This document shows, piece after piece, positions 1 to 13,200 of a stretch of 64,000 bases of DNA (the stretch's first letter is position 1; every line of letters begins with the position of its first letter). The stretch spans positions 105,648,001 to 105,712,000 of the forward strand of contig OZ038378.1 in assembly GCA_964036045.1 (NCBI GenBank), given 5' to 3'. The notes beneath the pieces are model-generated. The model did no database searches, was not told the DNA's origin, and saw only the letters and a program-made list of their open reading frames with translations. Origin of the DNA: Eutreptiella sp. 'Long Island Sound 2002' (Eukaryota; Protista; Euglenida). The position numbers and the translations under genes were made by a program.

Positions 1-856
1 GGATTAAACACATAGTTGGCGGACTGCACAGGGTGGTGCAAGAACTTCCACCTTTCGAGTACAAGACTCTGTGTCTGTTTGTGTTCAGGTTTGGGAAGTC
101 CCTGATGCTCAGCAACGTGCTGTTGGAACGAAAGCATCTCGTAGTACACAAGACTATTATAAGTGGACCCTTCTGTGTCAGCTCTCCTGATCATACGCGC
201 CAGTGGCTGCAGCAATGGTCGACAACTCAACAACGGCTTCCAGGAGGTTGTCATAAGGATGATCTCAGCAATGACTTCGGCCTTGATGCTGTCGCTGGTG
301 GCGTACGACCACTTGGTGTTCGACTAGTCCAGTGAGACAACCGAACTCTCAAGTGGCCCCTTGTTCTTCACCATGAAGTTAAGACATGGGTAATTCGTTG
401 CGAACGTGGTGCAATTTTTAAAATCTGCAAAAGTTCGGGAGCAGAATAACATCTGAGGGGTGTCTAGAAAACCCGACCGGACCTCCCCTGGTGGCATGCC
501 ACCTACACGTGAGTTTGCTAAGCCACCGAGTGTGAACAGCAGTATGGATCTGGGTGGCCTGGCCCTGAGGATGTGGACGTGAAACGTTTGTTTTTGCTGC
601 TGTGTGATGGGACACATCACTGATGACGGCATGCACGATGACATCGTCAGTGATGTCACTGATGACATCATCATTGACATCACTGATGATGTCATCAACA
701 AGGTTCAACAAATATAGAACAAAAGTTATCCAGAAAAAGAACAAGGCAAAATTTTTGTTTCGCAAACATTTGCAGGTTGTACACAAAAACAGAATAGCTG
801 CAAACTATAGGAACATCACTTCTGTGAACAAACAGTAGTTTGTCAGGAAAATTTGG

Positions 857-960
857 GATACAATACAATACAATACATTACACGTATTGTATCGGAACGA
901 TACAATACATTACACGTACTGTATCGGAACGATACAATACATTAGACGTACTGTATTGTA
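857..960. repeat. Tandem 32-bp hairpin-forming repeat, about 3 copies
   Basis: GATACAATACATTACACGTAYTGTATCGGAAC repeated head to tail with no spacers; the unit is partly self-complementary (GATACAATAC...GTATTGTATC). Confidence 0.8.
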
Positions 961-2475
961 CCAACCCTGTTTGAGACACCTAAGGCTTTTTCATACCCGT
1001 AATGATGAATGCATCTGGAACACTTGGTTCGGAGGCTCATTGCGGGGCCATCGCAGGTAGGGAGTACTACATCGACTTCTAGACTCTGTCGGCACCCGCA
1101 ACATAGGTCAGTACTGATCCAACGTCCGTTGGAGTAGGGAGCAGAAATGTGGTGCTGTCAGTACACCAAGTTCATCATATCCACCCCGTGTCAGCACATT
1201 GCCGTCTAGCTAACAAGGCATGCCTAGTCATTTCACTAAACCTCCAACTCGCCCCAATTGATCAATTCACAAGGAAGAGTGGTTTCAGCATTCTCTTGGG
1301 TGGTATTCACCAGGGTACATGGCTACAAATGGAAACCATACACTCCCTCGTCAAGTGTCCTCGACCTCTGGAGAAAAGGTGACTTTTTCCCCTCCGTTCA
1401 CCTCCCCTCGTCTGACTGACGCTCCTGGCTTGACTATCCCCGTGCTTCCCGATTATTGTTGCAAATGAGCTGTGTAGAACTCTTGGGTTCCCACAGGTGT
1501 ATCATACCCGTGTTCCCATGCCTGGTGCCTGCACACATCACAGTCCGTCACCACGCCCTCACTAGCGTGGGCTGGACTTGTTGAAGTGGTACATTGGTGA
1601 CACTGGTGGATCTTTTGGGTGCCTGAGCCTCAGTATCAGCATCAGCATATACCTGGCAGCAGGCCTTTTACCCCTAACAAAGATACGTAGAGGTGGAAGC
1701 TTTAACTTGGGAAGTCTTGGGTGAGACCCCAACATCTGCCATGCATGTGTACACGTCATCTGCCACTGATGCATCAATCAGGGTCTGGTGACGGTGACAA
1801 AATCACTGTTTAACCTAAACAGAAAAGGAGTGTTATACATGACCATTTCTCTGAACATTCACTGCAGAACGTATCGTGAGAGGAATGGATCCATAAAAAT
1901 CAGCATCAGCGTGCGCATATAGCTGGCAGGTTCCATTCGTCTGATTTCAAACGTCAAACGTTGACTGACTGTCTAAACAGACATACTCAGGCCAACGGGG
2001 TTGTCCAGGACTATGTTTCGCTGAGTGATGCTGGTCATCCGGTACGGTCGCGCCCGACGAACCTGGTGGCCCCGGCCTGTCCACGCCCGGGGGAATCCCT
2101 GGCACTTCCGATGGCAAAGGTGCCATCTGGCTCGCTCTCGGAACTTCCACTGTCGTCATTGGTGTCCACGTCGGAACCGAGGTTGATGGGCCCGGAAGCC
2201 GTTCCCCCCCCCCCCCCCCCGGCAACCGTAGGACCCGCCAACGTGCACAGCTGTCCCGCGTCTTTCCGAGACACGGCGCCGCGCCCATGGGCGGGGACCA
2301 AGGGCTGAATGGGAGGGGAATCAGGAGCCGCGGGAGGCTCTTTGCCCATCTCAGCAGGAGCACACCCGGCGTCCTCCTCGACTGCCACCGCTACGCCTCT
2401 TCCCGCGTCTCCGCCCTCGGTCGCGTCGAACCCGGCGGCCGCCAGCTCTTCACCCCTCTGTCTCTTCGGCCTGCG

Positions 2476-3379
2476 CTAGGTCGGGGTGCTGAGAGCGCCG
2501 GCGATGGTTGGGAACATAGGGGAGCCCAAGAGGGCAACCACGCCCACACGCTCCGGAATCGGCAAAGGCCCTCTGTCGCGAGACCATGCAGGCAGGATAG
2601 TAGGCGCGATGACCCCTTGATCGGACCACTTGGTGGCGTACTGCATCGCCACGGCTGTGCACCTCCCCCACCACTTGTAGTAGGCGAGGTCGGGCATGCG
2701 GGCCCAGGATGCTGCGGCTCTGCCCCGGCGCAGCGCGTGCCATCGGGCGTGGGCGTACGCGGTACCCGCTAAGCACTCGGCCATGCCCGCCTCCAGGCCC
2801 GTTTCACCCGATTGCAAGACCAGCATATCGGACGACCGGTCCAAGGATACTATGTGTCGATGAAGCCACACACGGACCCCGTCCGCGTATCGGCAGAGCG
2901 GTCGGGTGGTGTATCCCTCCTCTCCCGTCTTTGTATTCCAAAACTGGAGAAAACCCGGCATAGCCAGGTCAGACACTCGGAGGCCGGCAGCTTCTCCCAC
3001 GCGCCAGAAGCATACCCAACTAAGGACCGCCAAAGCCCCAAAAAACGGCACCATACCGCGAGGTTTGGGGCCTCTCAACCAGGAGGACCATGCCCGCCGG
3101 CGACAGATAGGGCTGACTGCCCGACGAAGGGGCCCCGCTGCGATCCCACTTGTGCAGGGGTGTGACTGCGGGAGGCAGCCATTGGAGGTCTTCCACGGCT
3201 CGGACCGCCGAAATGATGCCTCGCAGGGCTGACGCTGTGGCTCCCGCTTGGGCCCGCTCCACCAGGAGACCTGCCAGTGCTGCGGCAGGATCAAACAGGC
3301 TCGTGCGCGTCGCATAAGTGGCCAACGCTCGAAGCCGCGATGCGTACTGTGATCGGGTTTGCGGTCTCCACGACTGCAT
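2476..3379 (-). pseudogene. Frameshifted tyrosine recombinase
   Basis: N-terminal core-binding-like segment SWRPQTRSQYASRLR (ORF 3020-3379). Catalytic domain in ORF 2476-3651: FWRVGEAAGLRVSDL (R), WNTKTG (K), WHALRRG (H-x-x-R), KWWGR (W), VAMQYA (Y). Confidence 0.85.
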
Positions 3380-3602
3380 AGCGCTTTCCTCCGGGGAACT
3401 GGGGCCGTCGGCCCGCGCGGCTGTCTCCCACCGGAGGGCGATTTCCTGCAGCTCAGCTGCGGCGCCAGTGACGCCAGAGTCCGGGTTGGCGTGTTTGGGC
3501 TCCAGCTGGTCCTGTCAGGACCAGCGTGGGCACTTGAAGTGCCAGTGTCGCTCCTCCGGCGAGCCTTGCTGCGCACAGCTCTGGCAACTCCCGCTCGGTG
3601 GC

Positions 3603-4467
3603 GAATCCACCGGAATCCACTCCCCTTGCCGCGTCTGCCATTACAGCACACCTCCCACTGCGCGGGACTTCACGCTCCGCCACGTGAACGCCGACCCCAG
3701 CTCCTGCCATGCCTGTTCCAATGTAGCGCACTGGTTGGACTCAGAGCTGGACTTCCCGCGGGAACCTGCATATCGGCGGGCATAAGCTGCCTGGGACTGA
3801 GAGACACAATCCGGGACCCGCCACGCCCGCTCCTCACCCGGATCGACTGCGGCCTCCGTTGACTGGCCACCGAAATCATCCTGGCGGGGGATCTCGCCCA
3901 CTTTACCAGCCCCCAGCCGCACGTACGCCTTGAGGTTGAAGAGCATCAGCCATATCCACTGTGCCAATTGGGGCTTTTCGAGGGCACGGTTGATTTCCGG
4001 CACACATAGCGGGGGCAACTGAGGCCCCTCCTTTACTGCCACACGGGCAAGTTGCTCTCTGAGGTCTTGGATCTCCTTGGCTTGGGCAGCTAGTCGCTCT
4101 TCCTCCGTCATCTGCTGGGCCTGATCCGGCTGCTCAACCCCGTCCATGGGTCAACAAAATAGAACAAAGACAGAAAAACTGCCTAAACATTGGGGACGCA
4201 AACAAAAGTTGACACGAGGCTCAACTAGTGGTTAGCTAGCACAACGGTGAGGACACCTTCGCACTCGCACGAGCACAACAAGCGCCGTGACGTGCGTCGC
4301 CGGACACCGCGAGAGTAGACACCCCCATAAACATGGGCTGCAGGGTTCCCGGATGCCCATGGCCCACCCACTACGCCTCCTTGTGTCTGTTTGCAGCCAT
4401 GTGTGCGCCCGAGCACCCAGCCACGCCAGCCGAGAACTCCGAACCGCAAGAGATAGTGGAGGTCACC
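3603..4467. repeat. 865-bp direct repeat, copy 1
   Basis: Near-identical to 8105-8969, from GAATCCACCGGAATCC to GGAGGTCACC. Confidence 0.9.
3641..4147 (-). CDS. Putative gag-like ORF1 with N-terminal coiled coil
   Basis: 168 aa ORF (EEERLAAQAKEIQDLREQLARV) directly upstream of the YR. A second copy lies at about 8143-8647. Function is inferred from position only. Confidence 0.45.
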   Translation of the reverse strand: MDGVEQPDQAQQMTEEERLAAQAKEIQDLREQLARVAVKEGPQLPPLCVPEINRALEKPQLAQWIWLMLFNLKAYVRLGAGKVGEIPRQDDFGGQSTEAAVDPGEERAWRVPDCVSQSQAAYARRYAGSRGKSSSESNQCATLEQAWQELGSAFTWRSVKSRAVGGVL

Positions 4468-6900
4468 TCCGGTCGGCCTTCCCCGTCGCCGTGGTGCCTT
4501 CCCCCACCCCGGGGGCTGTCGCCCCCGGCTTTACTGGGTGGCTGCGCGGGGCACGTGGAGGCCGGCCGAGAACCGGGGTCATTGTGCCTGCTGCCGGCCC
4601 CTGCCGAGGCAAGGGCGCTGGGCGCGCTCCGCGTCGTACCGGTTTGGGGCCCCGCGATGGGGTTGTCCCTGGCGGGTCCCTCCGGCTTCGGTCTTGGGCT
4701 GCGTGCGCTGCGGTGGTTTGGCGTGTGTGGACCCCGTCACTGACGCGTCCGGTTTCCCGTACCGTCCGTCTTGCGACGGGGGACTCGGCCGGTGCACCGG
4801 GGCTGACTCGTGTGGACGCCGACACCGCCCCTTTCGGGTCGGAGGACGCCACGCCCGGGTCCCGTGCGTGTGTGCGTGTGCGTGCCCTGCTTGGCCGGGT
4901 CGGGCGGGCCGGCCTCCCGGGCGCGTTCTGGTGCGCCTCACCTTTCCTTTGGCCGTTCTTAGTTCGCTCTTTGCTTGTTCCGCCCCCTCCGGGCTGGGGT
5001 TGCCCTGTTTGTGGTTGTTGTTGGTTTTTTTTTTCCCCTTCCCCCCCCTCGTTGCGCCATCGTCGTGTCCTGCTTTGCATGTTTTCCGGCCCCGGGTGCC
5101 TTGGGCCTTGGCGTCTTGTTCCCCCGGCCCCCCCCCTTTTTTTTTGGACCCCCCCCCCTGGTTCTCCCTGGCGTTTCCTGCTTTCCGGTTTCCCCGGGCC
5201 TCTGCGCCCCCCCCCCTTTTTTTTTTCTTGTTTTTCCTTTTTCCATTTTTTTTCTTTTGCCGGTTGTGTGTCTTGGGCCGTCAGGTGTGCCCGCGTGTGC
5301 CTCTGTGGTGCTGTCCCTGTCGTTGCTCTGTGTGCGCGGGCTGCTGTTGCGTGGTGTTCGCTGTTGGGCCTGGCTGTCCTCTGCTGTCTCCTGGTCCGTC
5401 TTGGTGTCGTGCTTCGGTAATGCTGTCCTTGTCTGGCCCCGTGGCTCGCCGCCCTGTCGTTCGGCGTGTTGTGTCTTGGTGTTCCGCTGCCCTGTGTTGT
5501 GTTTTGTTGCGCTGTGCTGTCGTGTGGTGGTGTGCGGTCGTGCTCTGCCGTTTGTTTGCGTCGTTGCCTGCGCCTGTTGTTTGTTTCTTGCCGCTGCGCG
5601 TCTGCTGTGTGTGTTCTGGGGTGTCGTGCTGTGTGTTCCCTGTCCTCTCCGCCCTGTGCGGTGCTGTGCTGCGCTGTGCTGGTGCCCTTTCGTTGTGCTG
5701 TGCGCGTCGTCTGTGCTTTTTCTTGTGGGTGGTGTTTTTGGTTCTGGGTGTCGCTGCTGGGGGTCTGCTGGTGGCTCTGGTTGCCCGGCGTTGTCGTTTG
5801 GTGGTGTGTGTCGGCTTTGGTGCCCGTGTCTGGTCTGGCTGTCGCTGGGCGTCTTCCCTGTGGTGTCCTGCTCCCCTGTGCTGTGTCCTGTGGCGCTGTG
5901 CTGCCTTGTGGTGCTGTGCTGTGGTGTGGTGCCCTGTCTTCTTTTTTTTTTTTCTCCTTGCTGGTGGCGCTGGTTTCCTGTTGTTCCCCATTGGTTCTGG
6001 GCTCCAGGCCGGTTCCGGGTAATTTCTTTTTCTGTGCTCTGCCCGTGCGGTGCTGTGCTGGTGTGCCTGCGTCGTTGCTCTCTGTTCGGTGCTCTCTTGC
6101 CCTCGCGGGGCTTGCTGGTGTTTTGTGTTGTTGCCTGTTGTGTTTGTGTGTTTGCTGTTGGGCCTGGCTGTCCTCTGTTGTCTCCTGGTGGGTCCTGGTG
6201 GCTCCTGGTGTCGTGTCTCGGTGGCGTGCTGTGGCGTGTCCCTGGGTGCTGTGCTGCGCCGTGTTGCTGCGAGGTGTGCCGCCTGGCGTTGCGTTGTTGT
6301 GCGCTGTGTTGTTTCGTTTTGCTCCGTTTGGTGCTGCCGCGCGCTGTGTTGTGTCCTGGGGCGCTGTCTGTCGTCTTGGGGTCCTGTGCTTTCTGGCGCC
6401 GTGTTTTTCTCTTGTCCCCCCGCGCTGTGTGTGTTTTGCTGTGGCGTGTCGCCGCGTGGTGTTGTTCGCCGTTGTGCTTTGTGCCGTGTGCGCCCTGGCG
6501 TGTCGTGTTGTGCGTTTCCTGTCGTCTGCGCCCTGTGCGGTGTTGCTGTGTGGCCCGCTCTCCCTCGGTGCCCTGCTCCCCTGTGCTGTGCCCCGTGGTG
6601 CTGTGCTGCCGCGTGGTGCCGTGGTGTCCTGTCCTGCCTCCTTTTGGGGTTTGTTTCTTGCGTGGGTGTGGTTGTACCTACTTGAAAAACCGCTGCAAAA
6701 TTTCGTAAAATATTTTTTTTCCTCTCTTTTTTTTTTGCTTTTGAAAAAAAAAAATTTATACACAACCCAACACACTCGCGTGCAGCAAGACCATGTACGC
6801 TGCTGTGCCTTACTTGCTTCCCGTCGTTCTTGGCGTTCTTGGCCTTGTACTTGTGCGTGGCGTCGTTGAGGGTGTTGGTGTCCATTGCTAAGGGTTGACC
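4468..6900. repeat. Strongly A-depleted, TG/GC-rich low-complexity element with a degenerate internal duplication
   Basis: The plus strand is almost free of A from about 4480 to 6670. Blocks at 5355, 5617 and 5865 recur at about 6151, 6499 and 6571. Confidence 0.75.
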
Positions 6901-8104
6901 GCGTTCCTACAGGGCCGTCACCTGAGCTGCAGGGCAAGGGGAGTGATGGGCACGAGGGTGGGGAGGGAGGTGCATGGAGAAGAAGAAGAAAGAGGCGGCA
7001 GGGCGCGACGTGAGGGGTCGTGGCGAGTTTTGAACAATTTTCGAGTTTTACGCGCTGCTCGCGACGCGTTTTTCTTTGCGCCTATAGCGAGTTAGACGAC
7101 AGCAGGGACGGCGTTGGGGTCCTACGAGCGTTACTGTTGTTACGGCGTTAACTATTCACCTATTTCACGTCGAAAGGTTTTTCGTCGCGTCTTTACGCGT
7201 TTCGTAGCGCGCTTTTTGGCCTAAGCGTTTTTTATGCTAATTGGCTTTATTTTCAGCTATTCAGAAAGGTTTTTCGTCGTGTTTTACCTATCTTTTTATT
7301 TCATTCTGGGACAGAGGCCCAGCGCGCGCGACGAGGTTAAACAGGTGTTTGCGTGGAACCACAGCCTCAAGGAGACTGTCAAGGACAAAACGACCCCATT
7401 AATGGGGCAAGAAATTGCTACGTCATCACCCCCCCCCCCCACGTTAAGGACAGGACAGGTGCAGCCTGCAGTTTCAGAAATGACCCAGACAGCGAGGCCA
7501 GACTGTGTCACGTGTTGGGGTTTGTGCTCCGCCTCTTGGAGGGCGGGATGCATGAGTAAATGGCTTTTCATGTGCATTCTGACCCCCCGCCAAGCGACAG
7601 CTGCCCTAGGGACTCTTAGAAGCGCACTGGGGGCTGTAGGTAATTGTTACTCCAAGGCAAAAGCCGGCCAGGTCCCTGGTGCAGCGCCCATTTTTGGTTT
7701 GAGGGAGGTTATGGGTAATTTTCAAACGATGCTGACACCATTAGGAGGCCAAGAACAATACCCTTCTTTCCTGAAAAAGCGAAAGTGGTGGCCGGCACAG
7801 CAAGAAAGAGATCCTTGACTTATGCCCTAATAGGTTTGATTAAATCCTGCAAGTTTTGGTGTTGAAAAACAGGACCAAAGCAGCAAGTAGAGCAAGAAGA
7901 GGTTGTTCATCGAATCAATGAATAGTTTTGAAATCCAGTGTAGCACAGAAGGGCTGGAGATAGACAAAGCAGGCTTAAGTACAAAGATTAAATCACAAAT
8001 GGATAAAACAAATGATTTTTATGTGAAGCCTGGCATGACCCTGGCCTCCAAGGTATCACCAAGCAGTTCATGTGCACTCTTTTGGATAAAATGGAGTTTG
8101 TTAG

Positions 8105-8969
8105 GAATCCACCGGAATCCACTCCCCTTGCCGCGTCTGCCATTACAGCACACCTCCCACTGCGCGGAACTTCACGCTCCGCCACGTGAACGCCGACCCC
8201 AGCTCCTGCCATGCCTGTTCCAATGTAGCGCACTGGTTGGACTCAGAGCTGGACTTCCCCAGGGAACCTGCATATCGGCGGGCATAAGCTGCCTGGGACT
8301 GAGAGACACAATCCCAGACCCGCCACGCCAGATCCTCACCCGGATCGACTGCGGCTTCCGTTGACTGGCCACCGAAATCACTCTGGCGGGGGATCTCGCC
8401 CACTTCACCGGCCCTCAGCCGCACGTACGCCTTGAGGTTGAGGAGCATCAGCCGTATCCACTGTGCCAATTGGGGCTTTTCGAGGGCACGGTTGATTTCC
8501 GGCACACATAGCGGGGGCAACTGAGGTCCCTCCTTTACTGCCACACGGGCAAGTTGCTCTCTGAGGTCTTGGATCTCCTTGGCTTGGGCAGCTAGTCACT
8601 CTTCCGCCGTCATCTGCTGGGCCTGATCTGGCTGCTCAACCCCGTCCATGGGTCAACAAAATAGAACAAAGACAGGAAAACTGCCTAAACATTGGGGACG
8701 CAAACAAAAGTTGAGACGAGGCTCAACTAGTGGTTAGCTAGCACCACGGTGAGGACACCTTCGCACTCGCACGAGCACAACAAGCGCCGTGACGTGCGTC
8801 GCCGGACACCGCGAGAGTAGACACCCCCCACGACATGGGCTCCAGGGTTCCCGGATGCCCATGGCCCACCCACTACGCCTCCTTGTGTCTGTTTGCAGCC
8901 ATGTGTGTGCCCGAGCACCCAGCCACGCCAGCCGAGAAGTCTGAACCGCAAGAGATAGTGGAGGTCACC
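8105..8969. repeat. 865-bp direct repeat, copy 2
   Basis: Near-identical to 3603-4467 with scattered substitutions. Confidence 0.9.
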
Positions 8970-10107
8970 GAGGAGCGGTTGGCCCGTGCAACACCGCCTC
9001 TATCCACGAGGGCGGGAGCAGCGACTGCAGCTGCTTCGCCGGCGCCAATGGCACCGGACCCGCGGTTGACGTGCGGGCTGATGGCCACCACTCAACAAGC
9101 GCAACGGGGACCACCCCGTTAGCATGCCCTTGCCGCTCTTTCCGCCCTTTCTGTCATGCGACCGGTGTAGACGGCCGTGTGTGGTATGGTTCAAGGGGGC
9201 CTTTCGGTTCGAATATTGACACCCAACCGTGTCAGAGAACGTTTGGGGGTCTGGAGGGGGGCCATAAAGCAACAGATACAGAGCTTGCATATACCCCCTT
9301 GTCACAGGCATATGGTCATCGCTGCAAGCCTTGTTGTGCAGTGTCTTGCGTTTTTTTTGGTCAGTGTGTTCCAACGCAACTTGGAGGGTTGCAAAGAACA
9401 ATCAGACAACATTACTATGACTAGAGCATGTGTTCTCCTGTTGCGCACTAGCACTTGGTTGGAACATGTCCCGCGCCCTCCACAAAAACCACACGTTGTT
9501 GCCATGGAAAGGTCCTCTTGCCCTTTCACAAAGCCAAAGCAAGGGAGTCCGTATCCCCAACTCAGGGGGCCACACCAAAGTGTCGGTATGGCTGTGGGTG
9601 TTAGTGGGGGTGGGGGTGTGGGATTCCTTGTCCTCAACAACGGTTGAGGGAGGATAAAGGGGGGTAAGACACATTATGTAACCACCGGCGTCCGCCCTTG
9701 CAAGCACCACAACTTGGAGCCGGGCTAGATGTCGATGGTGGGATCTTCAACACGCAACAAACGACATTTGTATAGCACCTTGTCTTGCGGAATCTGGCGC
9801 TCATAGCATGGATGGTTTGATGAAAGAACCTAGTGCACAAATGTGGGAGTCACCAATACTAAGGAAAGAATGACCGCAATATGTAGCCAGCAGCGGTCAA
9901 AGAGCCTGATAGTGGGCAACACCCCGAAAGTCCCCCTCAATCGAGGGCGAAAAGGTTCCCCGCGCACCCTTGGCGCTAGCATACCTAGAAGCACTATGTC
10001 TCAAAACCCGGGAGGGGGGGGGGGCTGTGGGCGGGTGACATCCTAGGACCGGGCCCGGCGACCCCCCGGGGCATCAGCTCAGACTCCCATCCACCAAGGT
10101 CCGATCC

Positions 10108-10200
10108 GGAGGTCAGGTCGGGGGTAAATTTGTTTTTGTGTTTTTCACCCATTTTTGAATTCTCCACGGAATCCTGAGTCTTGTGAGTATAGACACATAG
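10108..10200. repeat. Dispersed repeat core shared with 19264-19357
   Basis: GGAGGTC.GGTC.GGGG...TTTTTCACCC...TTTGAATT...GAGTATAGACACAT.GG is present at both sites. Confidence 0.6.
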
Positions 10201-13200
10201 GGTAAAAAAAAAACCCCCTTAGTAGGCCAAAAAAAAAATTAGGCGCCTTCGGCGCCAGCGAATTCCCCCAAAGTCTGAAATTGGAGAAGGACGGGTTCGC
10301 GAACTTTTGGGGGTCTGGAAGGGGGGAGGGGTGTCTGGATTCGAACGGGCGACCTCCCTTCGTACGGCTGGGCGTGCGACGGCGGCGGCTGGGCCTGCTG
10401 CGATGCCTGAGATTCAGCAGCCGCCGGTTGGGCAGGCAGACACAAGGCGGGAGTGCTGCACCGGCTTGTACTGTCTAGTTGTATGTCTGGAGGTCGCCTG
10501 CTCCCACCAGCACTTGCAGTTGGATGCTGCAGCCGTCGACGTGGAGGAGGCGCAATGACGCATCGAAGTGGTGGGGGTGGACAACGATGAGGCATATTGG
10601 CACATTTCTGCACTGGAGGAGCAATTGTGGCACATCTATGCATGCGAAAATGCCTGGGAGCAGCGGGGAGAGGGAGAGAGAGGGGGGGGGGGGGGAGAGC
10701 TGGCAATGGCCGCCACCCAATCAATCAATTCAATCCAGTGTAACCAAACACATATACAACAAGATCCATATGAACAACAGAGAACTTGAGGCACCTAGGG
10801 CATCCGTGCACTTGAGGTATTATATGAAATGCGACAGAGAGGAAACTGTCAGGTTCAATACCGCATAAAAGAACAGGCTAATGCAACCAGAAATTAAACC
10901 TATGAGACAAAACCAAGCACCTGGCAAATTGGGATAGATTGTCGCCCAAAACATAGAAGAGCGGCTCATCAATTGTCCGTAGCCGCGGATCTCCGCGAGG
11001 GGCATTCAACGCTTGTGCATGGCACTCTCTCGGCCTCACAACAGCGATAAACAAGGAACACCCAGAGGACGAGCTAGGCGACTTAGCACCCAGTGAAACG
11101 GGCGATTCGGCACCCCAACAAAACCCTGACTTGGGGGAAACAACATAAGAGGCCGGAAACCATGCCAATACTTCAATCCCTGCTTACGCCGCAGACTAGT
11201 GAACAACCTTGTAACATGATGCAGAGCACCAAGTGCCCACGTGAGATACATGTGTGCTGAAGCCAATGTGAAGTACATACGTGACGTTTGTGTGGATTGT
11301 CCGAGTCTAAAAGTGTGCTATGTCACCCTAATTGGTGCAATCGGAACTCAGTCCTAAGGAAGATAAAGCCTTAAACATGGGTCATCTCCCGGGCTAGACT
11401 CAGTCGGAGTCATCGTCTGGAAACATCAACTGCCAAAGTGTTTTTATAGGCCTCTGACCCAGTTTTTGCTCGAACATGACAACCGTCGGTTCGGCACGGC
11501 AGTGAGCAGCGGGGGCGGCCGGCGGTGCCCCGTGCCCCGGAAGCCAAGTGGGCGGAGCGAAGCAGGTCGCATAGCGTGTACTGCGCGCAGCATAGAACAT
11601 TCCGTAGGTGGACGCGCGAGTGGCGGGAGCAAGGCCCCCATCCGCGGGGCGGGGCACTAACAACGTGGGGTCATCGCCCATCCACCGCCGCTGTTGGCGG
11701 CCCTGGCTCAGGCCGCTGACCCGCTTGTCATCTAATCGTGGGACGGGGCTAGAGCAGGGGCAACACGGGCGGGGGGATGCCCCGTCACCCCCGCCAACAC
11801 CCATCCCCCGGCGAGATGGGACACCTTTGGCAGACTTGGAGGCCGGACCTACGGGCAAGAACCCCCGCCCCCCTGGGCGGGGTGGTATAAACGGGATAGG
11901 AATACAAGGTGGGAACAAGTAGACATGCCATAAAGGCCGGTGGCCCCCCACGATGGCAGATGAGTCGGTTGAATGAGTGGGACCCGCCGGCCTCACCACC
12001 CGCGCGGGGTCGAGGCACACCTCCATACTCAGGGTAGCGGGGCAATAGAGGGGTTGGGACTGAATGAGCCCCCCCCCCCCCCCCCCTGCGGCCTAAAATC
12101 GACCAAAATCAGCCCTCTCGGCGGCCCCCGATCGACCAAAATCGGCCCTCTCGGCATTCCGGCAGGCAAACAGGCACCACGTTTAGACACCCTCAGCACG
12201 CAACAGTGCCCCGCTCCAACACAATTGGCCGGCACGTGGTACTAACCATGCATGTACATAGACGTCACCGCTACGACCAATGTAGTCGAGAACATGTCGC
12301 AAAACGTTGTGTGAACAACCGTCCACATGCGTATGACATAACCAGTGCATGCCGCCGGAGGGCAAGAAAGAAGGGAAGGATGGGGATGGAGTTTAACGTT
12401 CCCGCTTTTCGCCATTGAAGGCATTAGCAACATTATACCACGGGACAAGGGACACGGCGCAAGGGGCTACAGAAGGCACGGAAAACACCGGCACGCGCAA
12501 CAACGGAGAGCCAGATGCACCACCGACATAGAACACAGGCCACACACGCAAGCTTACGAGCGCCCATGGACAACAGGAGGGCCTTACTGGGAGGGCGCGG
12601 AGGATGGCACAGGGATGCGTATCCGAATGATGGTAATAATGTTGGTCATAATGATGGTCGTAAACCCACGGTACCACATGTAATAATGGTTAACATAGGG
12701 TTGATAAAGGTAAATATACACGTTAAGGCACTTGTGCCACAACAGACACGGGGAAGCGACCAAGGAAGGGCAACACACGCGAAAAGCATAGACCATATGG
12801 AATGACCTACCAACGGCAACTTATACTGGACTGAGGAAGCGGGACCAAGGGGCCTACCCTTGCATCGGGCAGAAGTGTCCTTGCACTATCACAGGGTAGG
12901 ACAGCTTGGTGTAGGAGCGAGAGCTCCCGTCAACGGGATCCCATCATTGACGTAACGGTAGGCCTAGGCCATCAAAAGATCTTGGACGTCCTCTTCCCAG
13001 GAAACGCCTAGCGGCACCCGCCCTCTCCATTGGTGCAGCTCTCGGGCGCGGGCATAGGAACCTTGGGCATTCTCCAGCAGGGATGGCCGCCTCTGCTGTG
13101 CACATGGCTGAGCATGAGGGACCAACGGGTGCTGTCTAGGTGGCATGGAGGACAAACACCTGGCATGCTCCGATGGTAGTCCGAAGTGTTGTCGAACAAC

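Larger units (their letters stand above)
2035..4467 (-). mobile_element. Tyrosine-recombinase retroelement derivative (DIRS order): gag-like ORF followed directly by YR, no RT seen
   Basis: ORF1 at 4147-3641, then YR fragments at 3379-2476. The boundaries are approximate. Confidence 0.7.

Noticed and set aside
590-720. GATGACATC-rich ORFs encoding Ser/Met/Asp repeats
   Set aside because: Degenerate short repeat with no coding evidence.
857-960. CRISPR-like short palindromic repeats
   Set aside because: The units are contiguous with no unique spacers, there are no cas genes, and the context is eukaryotic.
4463-6937. Very long overlapping ORFs (824, 577, 534, 494 and 467 aa)
   Set aside because: They are artefacts of the A-depleted strand: stop codons cannot form in most frames, and the translations are low-complexity with no domain.
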